In this document: in pieces, positions 24,600 through 36,630 of the stretch
Position numbering within the stretch: the stretch's first letter is position 1
Layout of the letters: every line of letters begins with the position of its first letter
Assembly: GCA_013239625.1 (NCBI GenBank)
Contig: MU053934.1
Span: 1,209,285-1,273,284, forward strand
Length of the DNA: 64,000 nucleotides
Direction of reading: 5' to 3'
Source of the DNA: Lama guanicoe
Taxonomy: Eukaryota
The notes under the pieces: model-generated
Databases searched by the model: none
Told to the model about the DNA's origin: nothing
Seen by the model: the letters and a program-made list of their open reading frames with translations, nothing else
Program-made: the position numbers and the translations under genes

Positions 24600-24814
24600 C
24601 AGTCTATCAAACAATCAATATCTCTTTTCTAGTATGTGAAAAGCCTTTAATGAATGCATTGTTATTATAACAGCACTGTTATTGTAATCTAATGTTTAGC
24701 CAGTAATGTAAAGGGCAAAGTTACTTTTCTACTGGGCTAGGAAATATTGGAGTTAACTAGATGCAGAATGGTGAATCAGAGTGCTCGGCCACACATCTCA
24801 CAGATATTGAAAGC

Positions 24815-25010
24815 AGCATGATCTAGTGTTCTCTAAACTGGTGTTAGAGCCTGACAGACCAGGGTGTGAATGCAAGCTTCACCACTTACTGGGTATCTCT
24901 TTGGGCAGTTCCTTTAAGTGTCACTAATGGTAATGACATGGATGCCTCACTCATCTCAGAATCCTTAGCAGCCAGCATAGCTTCCGGCACTCAGAAAATA
25001 ATTGTGGAAT
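24815..25010 (+). mobile_element. MIR
   Basis: 'agagcctgacagaccagggtgtgaatgcaagcttcaccacttactggg...ttgggcagttccttta'. Confidence 0.55.
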
Positions 25011-26129
25011 TGGCTACCTTGATCTCTCTGAATCTCCATTCCTTCCATTGAAAAATTATTGGCGTTTTTTTTTTCTTTTTCTGATTACCACCTGTTGCGG
25101 CCAAGAAATTGGCATTTTTCAAAAGCCACATTTACATATGAAATCCACAAGATTAACACATTTATTGGTCTATTGAGAAAATGAACTATAATCACAAAAC
25201 TGAAAAATAGCAAAGGAAGATTTTTAACAATAGCTGTTTTGGAGTGTGCAAATGGAATTTCTGACCCCCAACTGGGAGGTCAGACACTTGGTCTTGTTCT
25301 GGAGATGACTGACATCATCCACTCCCTCTTGGGAAAGGTTTCTTGGAATGACTGCTGATTTGGACAACCATTCAACCTTAGTTGACAACCAATAGTGAGG
25401 CAGTGATCAGACCTTGGATTCTTTTTCCCCTTTGATTCTTTTTTTCCCTCTCCTTAATATTTTCTTTTTGCTACTCCTCTATTTCTTTATTTACCACTTG
25501 AGAAGTGTAATTGATCACTTTTATAAACCAAGAGCACAGAACTAGAGCAATCCTTGCATCTTCAGTCCCATTAAACTTACAAGGAACTGAGGACAGGACA
25601 GCTAAGTGGTTTCCCAAATTCACATCTGAGGTCAATGGCAGAGCTGGAAATTCAACTTGGGCCTCCAACAACCAAGCCATAGCTCATTTACTCTGAAATA
25701 TCTCCGGGAATCTCAGATCTAAAATGCTAAAATGCTCTTCTAGAAACTGGTCAGTTTCATTCCTTTAAAAGTTGAAAAGATATTAAGCAAGGTTCACAGG
25801 AGCCTTTCTTTTGATGTGGCAAGAGGTGAGAATTATCTGCGCAATGTGGCACATACATTAAATCTGCAATTCCCTATGTTCAGGACACACTCTCTAAATT
25901 CAACAGGCTAGGTCTAAAGAGAGTTGGAGGAAGGTGACCTTGTCTACCCTATGAAATAAATCACTGTAAAAAAATGTATATATATATATATATGAAAAAT
26001 GATTTTTTAAATTGACTATATCCACTGTGGGTAAGAATGTTGGGAAATAGATACTCTCAACCACCAATAGGTGGATAAATTAATACAATCTTTGGGGGCA
26101 CTATCTAGTAAAACTAAAGTACATATAAT

Positions 26130-28085
26130 TATAAATCTAACAGAGCACATACAGGATCTGTATGAAAACTAAAATAGGCTGATGGAAGAAATCAAAGAAA
26201 GCCTAAATAAATGGAGAGACCAGAAGATTCAACATAGTAAAGATATAAGTTCTCTTGAAATTGATCTATAAATTTAGCAAAAATCCAATCAAAATCCCAT
26301 CAGGACTTTTTATAGATAGATGAGCTATATCAGAAATTCAGAGGGAAAGTCAGTGGAACTAGAATGGTTAAAACAATTTTTAAAAAGAACAAGGTTGAGG
26401 AATTACATTACCCAATTTTATGACTTCTTATAAAGCTACAGTGATTAAGACAGCATGGTATTGGTGGAGGAATAGACACATAGATCATGGAATAAAACAG
26501 GTTTGAGAAATAGACCTACACAAATATGACAAACTGATTTTCAACAAATGTGCAAAAGCAATTCAATGATACTCTAAGTGAATATCCATATGCAAAAAGG
26601 AACTCAGATCCATACCTCACACCATATATAAAAATTAACTCAGAATGGATCACAGACCTAAATATAAAAGATAAAACTGTAAAATGTTTTAACTGTAAAA
26701 CTTTTTAGGAAAAAAAATGAAAGAAAAATCTTTGCAATCTAGGTTAAGATGAGAGTTCTTAAATAACACCAAAATCATGACCCTTTAGAGAAAAAATAAA
26801 GGTCAACTGAACTTTATCAAAAAAAAAATTTACCCTGCCAAAGACATTTCTAAAAGATTGAAAAAAAATGAACATAAATACAAAACAGAAACAGACTCAT
26901 AGACATAGAATACAAACTTGTGGTTGCCAAGGGGGTGGGGGGTAGGAAGGGACAGACTGGGATTTCAAAATTTGTAGATACTGACAGGCATATGTAGAAT
27001 AGATAAACAAGACTATACTGTATAGCACAGGGAAATATATACAAGATCTTGTGGTAGCTCACAGCAAAAAAGAATGACAATGAATATATGTATGTTCATG
27101 TATAACTGAAAAATTGTGCTCCACACTGGAATTTGACACAACATTGTAAAATGACTATAACTCAATAAAATGTTAAAAAAAAAAGACAGCTACAGACTGT
27201 GATAAAATATTTTCAAGTCACATATCCAACAAATAATTTGCACACAGAATACATAAAGAACTGTCAAAGCTCAACAATAAGAAAACTACCAACCCAATTT
27301 AAAAATGAGCCAAAGACTAAAGCAGATACTTCATCAAGATGTTATTAGTCACAAGAAAAATGAAAAACCACAATAAGATACCACCACGTATCTATTATAA
27401 TAGCTGAAAATAAAAAATACTGACAATACCAAGTGCCAGCGATGATGCAGAGAAATTAGACATCGCTCATACATTACTGATGAGAATCAAAATGGTACAG
27501 CCATTCTGCAAAATTGTTTGGAAGTTTCTTATAAAGTTAAAGATATATTAATATATTGTCCAATCATCCCTCCCCTGGAGAAATAAAAATTTATGTTCAG
27601 GCAAAAACTATGCACAAATGTTTAAGCTTCTGTATTCCAAATTGCTCAAAACTGGAAACAATCCAAATGTCATTCAAAGGGGGAAAGAATAAACACAATG
27701 TGGTTGATTCAGGCAATAGAACGCAACTCAGGAATAAATAGGAATGAACTACTAACACATACAACAATTTAGATGAATCTCAAAGCATTATTCTGAGTGA
27801 CCGAAGTCAGTCTCAAAAGATTCCAAACTATTATTTCACATATATGACATTCTTGAAGAGCTAAACTGTACCTAGGGAGAACAGATCTGTGGTTGACAAA
27901 CTTTACAGAGATGAGGAAGCATGTGACTATGAAGGGATAGCAGAAGGGAGGTTTGGGGGTTAGTAGATTGGTTCTATATTCTGGTTGTGGTGATGGTTAC
28001 ACAAATCTATACATGTTTTAAAAGCCACAGAAATGTACCCCTCAAAAAGATCTATTTAACTGTATGATAATTTTTAAAATAAATG
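26130..28085 (+). mobile_element. Old L1M ORF2 3' half plus 3' UTR, interrupted by a young L1
   Basis: 'aaataaatggagagac', 'tataaagctacagtgattaagacagcatggtattgg', 'gacaataccaagtgcc'; many stops and frameshifts. Confidence 0.85.
26861..27183 (+). mobile_element. Young lineage-specific L1 3' end
   Basis: 'aaacagaaacagactcatagacatagaa...caacattgtaaaatgactataactcaataaaa' plus A-tail; closely similar to the reverse complement of 34901-35141. Confidence 0.9.
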
Positions 28086-28209
28086 TTGAAACTGCATATC
28101 ATTAATGGATCTAGCCAACGATCATCAAAGGACGATAGGAAGGTTGATAAAGGATGCTCTGGCTGTCAACTCCTGAACCCAGCCATGGTGAGGGAGAGGC
28201 AAGTCAAAG

Positions 28210-29600
28210 GAATAAAAAAACAGGCTGACTTTAGACTTTTCCACAGAATATTCAATACATGAAGAAATAGAACAATATTTATAAAATCTTGAGAAAAAGA
28301 AAATATGGCTCAAGAATAATATTTACATTACCCAACTGCCATTCAAATATAAAAGCAAAAAAAAAGAGTATTCTTTAAAAGCCTTTCTGTCTCTTTATTA
28401 TTCTGCAATTATATGTCTTAGCATAATCTATTTTTTTTAATTTTCATGCTCAACATTTGTGCTATTTATACTGAGAATTCATGTCTTTTATAAATTCCAG
28501 TAGTCTTAACCATTAATTCATCAAATGTTGCTTCTTTTATTGTCTCTAGTCTTTCCTGTTAGATGCACATTGAACCTTCTCACTCTAGCCTTATTCTTCT
28601 TAATTTCTATTTAATGTATTTTATCTATTTTCTTTGCAATAGCTGCATTCTGGATAATTTCCTTTGAATTAGCTATAGTCCACCAATTCTCTCTTTAATT
28701 GGGTCTAATCTGCTAATTAATTCAACCATTGATTTTTTTTTAATCTTACTATTTTTATTTTTAGAAGTTCTGTTTTTCTTTTTCAGATCTACTAGGAGCT
28801 CTTTTCTAACTCTTTCATAGCTTTGATCATCTTAGAAATGTTTATTTTATAACTGCCATCCAAGAGATTAACTATGTAAAGGAGTGGGATGTCCTAATTG
28901 TACTGCTTATTGTGTCTGCTGACTTGCTCTGCCTTGGTGCACTGTTGCTTTGTGTTAGATAACTTTTTATTGTGACCTCATCTGCACTGATACTTTATCT
29001 CTGGTAATCCTATGTTGCCTGGCTAGAGGGCATTTCTTGCCAAAAAAATTTGCTCACGTATGGCCGAATTATCACTCCCCCAAACTACTTACATAATTTC
29101 TCAGTTTAGCAGTTCCTAGAGGACAAAAGTAGCACAAATGTTAATCCTACACCTACACAAGAGTAGGTCCACGATTACAACTTCTTAAGGGAGATTTTCC
29201 ACACTGAGAGCAGAAGCCAGACAGTGTTCCTTATTATCTCCTTAGGCTGGTGGGCAAAGTTTTCTAATACACACTTTCACTGAGGATGTAGCTATTTGAG
29301 AGTCCTGGCTTTACTGGCTGTCTCATTTCCCATTAACCCTCTCAGGGAGCCGAAGTCACGTATTTTATCTCCACATGGCTGTAAAACCCAATCCTCTTAG
29401 CAATGGAAACTGAAAAAGAAAAAAGAAGATGGCTTCTCACTGTGGTTTTCAGTTTCCTCTTCTTTTTGACCCCAGAAACGCCCTTTACATTCTTTTAAAT
29501 GCAAGGACACCTTTAAAACTGTCTGATGTATTTAACCCAATATACTAAATGACTTGTAATTCAAAGTTTTTTTTAGATTTTCTAATTTATTAAATTGCTA
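28210..29600. mobile_element. Decayed L1/HAL1 ORF1 fragments (+ at ~28210-28370; - at ~28380-29600)
   Basis: 'caggctgactttagacttttccacagaa' (ORF1 RLTxDFS-like) and antisense 'gcattctggataatttcc...aattctctctt...tctaatctgcta'. Confidence 0.55.
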
Positions 29601-29861
29601 GAAATGTGTGTTCTCAGGTGAACAATGTCAGATATAAAATTACTTAATAAATACAACACTGATTAATTTTCCTTTTAAAAAAAAACCACACAAATCAAAT
29701 CAAAATAGTCTTATCTCTGTGTATATGCACATATATATGTCTAAAAATCAATATGCCAGACTCTCAGAGATAAGTTTGGAAGAAGACAGTGGGAAGTCAT
29801 GGGGTGGTAGGACCAGATATAGGGGGGGCAAATTTTTATTCTTCAAATTTATGTGTTGTTT

Positions 29862-30043
29862 CAAGGACTTACTATATAGCACAGGGAACTACATTCAATT
29901 TCTTGTAATAAGTTATTGTAAAGGAAAAGAATCTGAAAATATATGTACGTGTATATGGATGTATATGTGTAACTGACTTGCTTTGCTGCACACCTGAATC
30001 TAACATTGTAAATCAAATACATCTCAATAAAAAGAAAGAAAGA
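29862..30043 (+). mobile_element. Short L1 3' end
   Basis: 'caaggacttactatatagcacagggaactacattcaa...aacattgtaaatcaa...caataaaaagaaagaaagaaa'. Confidence 0.85.
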
Positions 30044-30609
30044 AACGGGGGGAAAAATGATGTGTTAATTTTCGAAAGAATGTTTTTATGTAATGTAAAT
30101 ACATCAAAAAGTTTCAGCATGAATTTAACCAAGGAAAAGCAACATATATACAACCGGAAGTGGGGAAATGGAGAAGATGATTGCTCCAAACCTTAAGCTT
30201 GGTGATAAAGGCTTTTGCATTTGTATCAACCATGGAGATCTAGTGGGTGCTGGGTGATTTCACTCTTTTAGCCATCTTAGCCATAACAAAGGGGAAATCT
30301 GTTTATTTACCAGCATTCTTTTGAAGGCAGACACTCTTTATTTAGGAAAATGCCTTAGAGAAGATGAATCCCATCCCACCAACCCTCACCCAAGCCTTTA
30401 ACAGAAAGTGACACTTCCCTGAATAATAGACAAAGGGCAACTTGGAATTCCTGGGAGAGCCCCAGGAGAAATCCTTATGTGTAAAATGGGTATCATAAAT
30501 GCCTTGTAGAGTTGTTTGAGAATTTAGAATAATACAATAGCTCTTTGTATTATAAACTTTAGAGTAAATCAGAATCACCCAAAGTGCTTGAGAAAACTCA
30601 AGTTGTGAG

Positions 30610-30815
30610 GGAAAATCGGAGGCACAGAAGACAGACCAGTGGGGGTTGCCAGGAAGAAGAGGTCGGGGCTGACTACAAAGGGGAATTTTAAGGAGAGGTG
30701 GGACTGACTTCTATCTCAATCATGGAGGTGGTTACACGATGGTATGAGTTTAATCTAGGAATGTATACTAAAAGGGTTGAATTTTGCAGTATGTAAATTA
30801 CATTGTAATAAAAAA
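30610..30815 (+). mobile_element. Old L1 (L1MB/ME-type) 3' end
   Basis: 'gttgccagga...gactacaaagggg...ggtggttacac...gtatgtaaattacattgtaataaaaa'. Confidence 0.65.
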
Positions 30816-30833
30816 TATATGAAAACCCACACA

Positions 30834-30915
30834 GGGTGTGGGGGTATAGCTCAGTGGTAAAATACATGCTTAGCACGTGCAAGATCCCGGTTCAATCCTC
30901 AGTACCTCCATTAAA
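30834..30915 (+). mobile_element. Short tRNA-Ala-derived SINE or tRNA retrocopy
   Basis: 'ggggtatagctcagtggtaaaatacatgcttagcacgtgc...ggttcaatcctcagtacctcca'; stems mutated. Confidence 0.8.
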
Positions 30916-31089
30916 CACACACACACACATTATGAGCTTCACCCTCAGAGAAGTGCTGAGGGGTGGAGCTTAAGAATTTGCGTTTCCCAGAAGTTTCCAG
31001 GTGTTGCTGATGCTGCTGATGTGGCCATATTTTGAGAACCGCTGATCTGGCTCAGGGTAGCTAAGCATTATTATTATTGTCATTATAAT

Positions 31090-31460
31090 ATTTTGCATGT
31101 GCTGTTCCCTATGACTGTAATGCTGTTCCCTCAGATAGCGACAGGACTCATTCCCTCCCTTGTCTCAGATCCCTGTTTAAAGTTCTTCTTCTCAGTGGTG
31201 CCTTTTCTGACCATCATATCTAAGCCTGCAACTTCACCTCTAAAAAAATCTCTCTTCCTGTTTTCTTTTTCTCTATATCTTATTAACCTCTGGTATACCA
31301 CATATTTTACTTCTTTTTATTATTTATGTTTGTCTGCTCCGACTAGAATAAAAGTTCCACGAAGGCAGAAATTTTTATCTGTTCTTTTGCTCCCCTACCT
31401 CCAGCGCCTACAACAGGTCTTGCATGTAGTAGGCACTCAATAAATACTCTTGAATGAATG
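31090..31460 (+). mobile_element. L2 3' end
   Basis: Ends 'catgtagtaggcactcaataaatactcttgaatgaatg'. Confidence 0.85.
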
Positions 31461-31599
31461 CTGGAATTATTATTAACACCACCACTGCTACTAACGCTAT
31501 TAATAATTCACCTGCCTCCATCTGTGATCCTGAGAATATAGCATTTGATCTTCACCTCTCCCCACATTGAAAGAAGACCCCCCTGAAAAGATAATACAG

Positions 31600-31790
31600 A
31601 TCTGGAAAAAATTTGACTTTGGGGTCAAACAGTTACAGACTTGTACCTTAGCTCTGACCCTTACCAAACATCCCTGAACAATGCATCTAACACTCGTGAG
31701 CTTGGTCTTTTCATCTATAAAATGGGGATCCCTCATTCAATAGGCTAGTGTGCTTAGTAATGTAGAGGGGCCGATACATGGCTAGGACTG
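31600..31790 (+). mobile_element. MIR
   Basis: 'gactttggggtcaaacag...tttcatctataaaatgggga'. Confidence 0.6.
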
Positions 31791-33369
31791 AACAGCTGGT
31801 AACGACTGCCCTGCACCTCAGGCATGTGATGCTGGAACTAGCTCCAAGTGCCAGTTTTGGCTGAGAGCAGAGTTCAGTCAAAGGTGGTTTCAAAACAGAG
31901 ACCACGTCCCTCCCTCTCCATGAACAAGCTATAAAAGAGTTTTTTTGCTCTTCAGTATTATCGAACAAGCCATTTGCCCTCTCTGAGCCTCAGTTTCTTT
32001 ACCTCTATAATGGGATTAATTGCTGCCTCCAAGATTGAGCCTTGCAGAGACTCAACAAAATAAAAGAGTGAAATCACCCAGCACACACTAGATCTCCAAT
32101 GAACCTTGGTGGGCTCAATGCCCGCTCACTCCACCACCTCCTAGAGTCCCAAGACCACCAGGGGATACTTGCCAAGGTGGGGGCCAGAGCCTGCCCTGGC
32201 CAGCTCAGAGGACTTCCTGATTCCCTCCTGTACCAAGCATTTAGCTCCCAGAGGATGCTCCCAGGCCCAGAAAGGCGTGTGCTCCTCGCCCACTCCTCGC
32301 CTATTATAGGAAGGTTGTGGAACTCACCAGAATCAGAGCTTTTCCTTTTCGAATTTTATCACTGAAGCTCTGAGCCCGTCTGGAAGCATAAGACTAGTGC
32401 TTTGGGTGATTTAAATGCTGCCACGCTGCTCAGTCTTTTCTTTTCCACCCAGAGCCAATAGATTCCTGATAAAGCAATGCCGAGGGATCTGCCATCTAGT
32501 ACCCAGTGCGGGAGGGGCTTGTTTGTAAATTGGGGGATGGTGAGCTAGCGTCTTTTCCTGTGACGCCCAGTGGATCAGAACCCATGCCCTTAAACACCAT
32601 GCCTTTATTTCTGCTACGGGGAAGGGTTTGTCCATCCCAGAACTCACAGACTACAGGGCCTTTGAGGGAAGAAGAAATAAATAAAATATTTTCTTCTCCT
32701 GACCCAAGTTGTACGGGACTTCGGGCAAATAGGAGGTGATCAGCAGGGGATTAAATAATGCAAATGATTAAAAAATGACCGTGGGTGTTGGTGTGTATCT
32801 GTGCACCTTCCTGCCAGACACAGCCTGCAGCCGCCGCGGTACACCCCCCCCCCCAGAGAGTTCTGCAGGGGCTGTTAAAACCAGGATGCCTGGTTACTTT
32901 TTATGAGTCTGTTGGCCTTACCTAGACAGCTGTATTTAGTCACTGTTGTCCTTCACAGCTGAGACTCCGCTGCTGACAATGTTTTTTCCCACGCTGGCGA
33001 ATTAAAATATTGGCGATGATGATGCACCCCAGCAGCAGATGTGAGAGGCCCCTCTGGCTTCCAGAGTCAGAACAAAGCAGGCCTGTGGAGGGGCCCTTGA
33101 GTGTTCCTACAGCTCTCAGCCCCCAAGCAGAGCGTTTCCCTCGCTTGCTTCTTCAGGTGTGTTATTTGCTTTTCTGCCCACAGAGGGAGAAGTAAAATTT
33201 AGCGTTATTACAAGTGTATCAAGACCCCCTTATAATTGGGCCTCTCTCTTCCTTCAAATGCTTTAGCCCAGCAGGGCCTACTGTTGACGCAGAGAAGAGA
33301 GAGCCCAGAGGGAGACAGGGTAGGTTCTGACTTGAATTATTTTGCACTCTGTTTCCCCTGCCACCTCCT

Positions 33370-33866
33370 TTTGGAACCAAAGCAGGACGTCATAGGGCCT
33401 TCCCTGGGGACAGACTCCTCTCCCATGTCCTCTGCCGTGGCTTCCCTCTAGAGTAGCTAGATGTCAGTATCTGATGCACATTTCCTGGGTTGTTTTACAG
33501 ATGCTAAGACCCCTGCCACATGGGAGAAATTAACCACTTGATGGCCAAGAGCACGTAGTCCCCAGGCCTACTGGAGCCTAAGGATTGATACGTTAACCCT
33601 TGTGACATCACCCTATGGCCTCGCCTTCAACCCATCAGAGGATTGTGCACGAGCTGATCGCATACCCTGGGACGCCCCTCCCTCACCTGGCCTTGGAAGA
33701 CGCTTTGCTGAAACCCGTCAGGGAATCCGGGCTTTCTGAGCACTAGCTGTCCTGGACTGTGGTCTGGCGCCTTAACAATGAGCTGGACTTTCCTTCACTA
33801 CCACCCAGTATCAGCAGACTGGCTTTACTCCGCTGCGGCCAGGGGACCCAGGTTTGGTTCGTAACA
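33370..33866 (+). mobile_element. ERV1-class solo LTR
   Basis: 'ggaaccaaagcaggac...atctgatgcacatttcctgggttgttttacagatgct...gcccctccctcacc' ending '...ggtttggttcgtaaca' (typical ERV1 U5 end); many CpGs retained. Confidence 0.7.
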
Positions 33867-34349
33867 TTTTCTCTTTTCTTATGTGATGTCAACCCCTCCT
33901 CACCAATTTGCCTCCCCTATTCAGACTCACTGGCAGCCCAGACCTGGTTCCTCCCATCCCTGCACGTGAGTCCTGGTTCTCCTGTCTCCCCTCTGGCCCC
34001 ACACCCATCCACAGTCCATATTACTGCTGGAAGGACTTTCTCAAGAATGCTGACCGGGGCGTGTCAATCTCCTGGTGCAGGGCAAGCCCCTGCAGCTCCT
34101 CCCCAAGATCACCAGGAGGCGCGCCCCACTCTCTCCTACAGACTCAAGTCCTGGTGTTCCCCTGGGCCCTCTAGGCCCCGGCCCTACTGCCTTTCCTGCC
34201 CAGCTGTGTGCTATGCCCTCCACCTAGTGCCCTCCCTTCCCACCACTCTTTGACCCAATTGTCCATCACTTGCCTTTTAAGCCAAACTCAGGGGCGCCTT
34301 CTCTGACCCCACCCCTTCTCCTTAGTCCAGGTTGGGCCTCTTTGCTTTG

Positions 34350-34553
34350 CACTAAACTGTGGTCCCCAGGCCACATCCAGCCTACCATCTGTTTCTATAT
34401 ATAAAGCTTTGTTGGAATACAGCCACACCTTCACGTCTACATTATCTGACTGCTTTCCAGCTATAACAGCAGAGTCGAGCGGTTGCCACAGAGACCATAT
34501 GTCTGGCAAAGCCTAAAGCCTAGCCCTTTGTGGGAAGAGTTTGCTCAGCCCTG
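34350..34553 (+). mobile_element. MER58A-like element
   Basis: 'ttggaatacagccacacc...cagcagagtcgagcggttgccacagagaccatatg...caaagcctaaa'. Confidence 0.8.
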
Positions 34554-34689
34554 TTCTAAAGCCCTGTGTCACAACATGTGCCATGTCACGTTGAATCACT
34601 TCCTTTGCACATCCATCCCTGCACCAGACGGTAGGATTCTTGAGATTCTCATCTCATCCATTTTTCACCAGAGCCTGGTGGTTATTGGT

Positions 34690-34900
34690 CTGACTCTGAA
34701 GCCGAGACTGGTTGAGTTGGTATCCTGGCTTTGTTACTTACCAGCTATGCGATATTGAGCAGGTTACTTAACCCCTCCGGTCTCCTGTTCCTCCACCAAT
34801 ATAATAGGTCAGTAACAGTACCCACCTTACAAGCTTGTTGAGAGTATTAAAGGAGTTCAATATAAATTTCTTCTTGCCGTGCCTAGCACGTGGAATTTTT
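34690..34900 (+). mobile_element. MIR (3' end interrupted by an L1)
   Basis: 'atcctggctttgttacttaccagctatgcgatattgagcaggttacttaaccc'. Confidence 0.75.
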
Positions 34901-35141
34901 TTAAAACATTTTTTATTGAGTTATAGTCATTTTACAATGTTGTGTCAAATTCCAGTGTAGAGCACAATTTTTCAGTTATACATGAACATACATATATTCA
35001 TTGTCACATTTTTTTTCACTGTGAGCTACCACAAGATCTTGTATATATTTCCCTTTGCTCTACAGTATAACCTTGTTTATCTATTCTACATATGCCTGTC
35101 AGCATCTACAAATTTTGAACTCCCAGTCTGTCCCTTCCCAC
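34901..35141 (-). mobile_element. Young lineage-specific L1 3' end
   Basis: 'ttttattgagttatagtcattttacaatgttgtgtcaaattcc...'; 14-bp TSD cacgtggaattttt (34887-34900) / catgtggaattttt (35142-35155). Confidence 0.9.
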
Positions 35142-35389
35142 CATGTGGAATTTTTATATATGTATTTATCATTAACATTATTATTATCCTCAGACTCTAG
35201 CAGATAGAAGGGGCTCTGTGGATCTGTTTGAAGCTGAACTGTTGTCTTGATTTATGCCTATGGGAGATCACAAATCAGAAAACCATCTAGGATTGGTATC
35301 TCTAGCTCTTAACCCAAAGACCACGTCATTGGCAGCTACTGCTCTCTTCATTAGTAAGGTCCTTTTTCCTCTCTTTCCCTCCCTCTCAT

Positions 35390-36630
35390 AATTAATCATC
35401 AACACCTGTCAATATTAACTCCAAAACACTCCGTATCATGTTACACCTCTCCAGGGTCACTATACCCTGGTCCACTTCACCATCATCTTTGGCCTGGACA
35501 ACTTCAGCAGCCTCTGTATCAGTTTTTGCCATGGAACAAACCACCCAAAACTGAGCAGCTGGAAACGAAATCAATTATCTATCTCACGATCCTATGGGTT
35601 AGCAATTCGGTCTGGCCTCAATTGTGGGGGCGGAAGTCTTCTGGTCTCTGCTGAGCTCACCCATGCATCTGCAGTAAATGGTAGATTTGGCAGGGACCTG
35701 TCTGGGGACTGGCTGGTCTAGGATGGCCTCAGCTGAGATAGCTCATCTCTGCTCCACATGGCCATCCACCCTCCAGCAGGTCAGCCAAGTCTCATTCACT
35801 TGGCAGTTGGCTCGGGTTCCCAGAAGGCATGCAAGGTCTCTTGAGGCCTAAGCTGGAGCATACTATGACTTCCACCCCATTCCATGAACAAAGCCAGTTA
35901 CAGGGCCTGCACAGATGCAGAAGTGGTGATACAGACTCCACCTTTTGATGAGAAGAGCTCAAAAGTCCCATCATAAGAGCAGTGGAAACTGGGAAGGGGA
36001 CAATCAGACCCATTTGTGCAAACAATTGACCACAGCCTCCTCACTGCTCTCCTCATCCCCTCTTTACTATGACTCCAATCCAGGTCCTATCCAGGAGCCA
36101 GAGTGAGCTTTCTAAAATATAAATGAGATTGGGTCACACTCCTGCCTAAAACCCTCAATGGCTCCCACTGCTCTCAGAATGAGACCCAGCTCTCCTGGCT
36201 TGGCCAGCAAGGTGCGCTCTGTCCTCTTCTCTCCATCCCTCCTGACTGCTCCCTCGTTCAGCCTTGCCAGCTTCCCTCTGCTCCTCCAACAGGCCCACCT
36301 TGCCCAGCCCTAGGGCCTGGGTCTTGGCTTTTCTGACTGCCTGCAGTGCCCATCCTTCACACCTGTGTGGTGCATTCCTTCTGGTTCCTAGAGTTTCAAC
36401 TTAAGTACTTCATCCTCAGAGATGACCATCCAATTTGAAGGCGCCTCATCACTTCGCTTTATTCCCTTCCTAGCATGATTGTATTCTCTGACGTGTCCTG
36501 GTGTGTTGTTCAACCTTTCTCCCTCCCCACGTGAGATGGAAGCTCCTTGAGAACAGGGCTGCGCCTCCGTTCATGGGCTCAAGGTCTAAGATGGTTCCCA
36601 ATTCCCCGTAAGTGCTCAGTGGAGAATTGT
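35390..36630 (+). mobile_element. L2 split by an MLT1 LTR
   Basis: 'ccatcatctttggcctggacaacttcagcagcctc' resumes 'ctcactgctctcc...agccagagtgagctttctaaaat...aaaaccctcaatggctccc'. Confidence 0.8.
35515..36034 (-). mobile_element. MLT1H-like solo LTR
   Basis: TG...CA ends; 'aacaaaccacccaaaact', 'ggctggtctaggatggcctc'; perfect TSD gcctc at 35510-35514 and 36035-36039. Confidence 0.85.

Larger units (their letters stand above)
30545..31044. mobile_element. MER5A split by an L1 fragment and a SINE
   Basis: Left half 'aaactttagagtaaatcagaatcacc...gcttgagaaaac'; right half 'aagaatttgcgtttc...caggtgttgctgatgctgctg...tttgagaaccgctg'. Confidence 0.75.

Noticed and set aside
30840..30910. Functional tRNA-Ala(AGC) gene
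   Set aside because: D, anticodon and T stems are mutated, there is no oligo-T terminator, and it sits between target-like repeats inside nested transposons. It is a SINE or retrocopy, as are 5024-5146 and 9721-9890.
34090..34124. Second CTCF site (agatcaccaggaggcgcgc) with an upstream ctgcag
   Set aside because: Two mismatches at informative core positions, and the upstream motif spacing looks too long; it lies in L2-like sequence.
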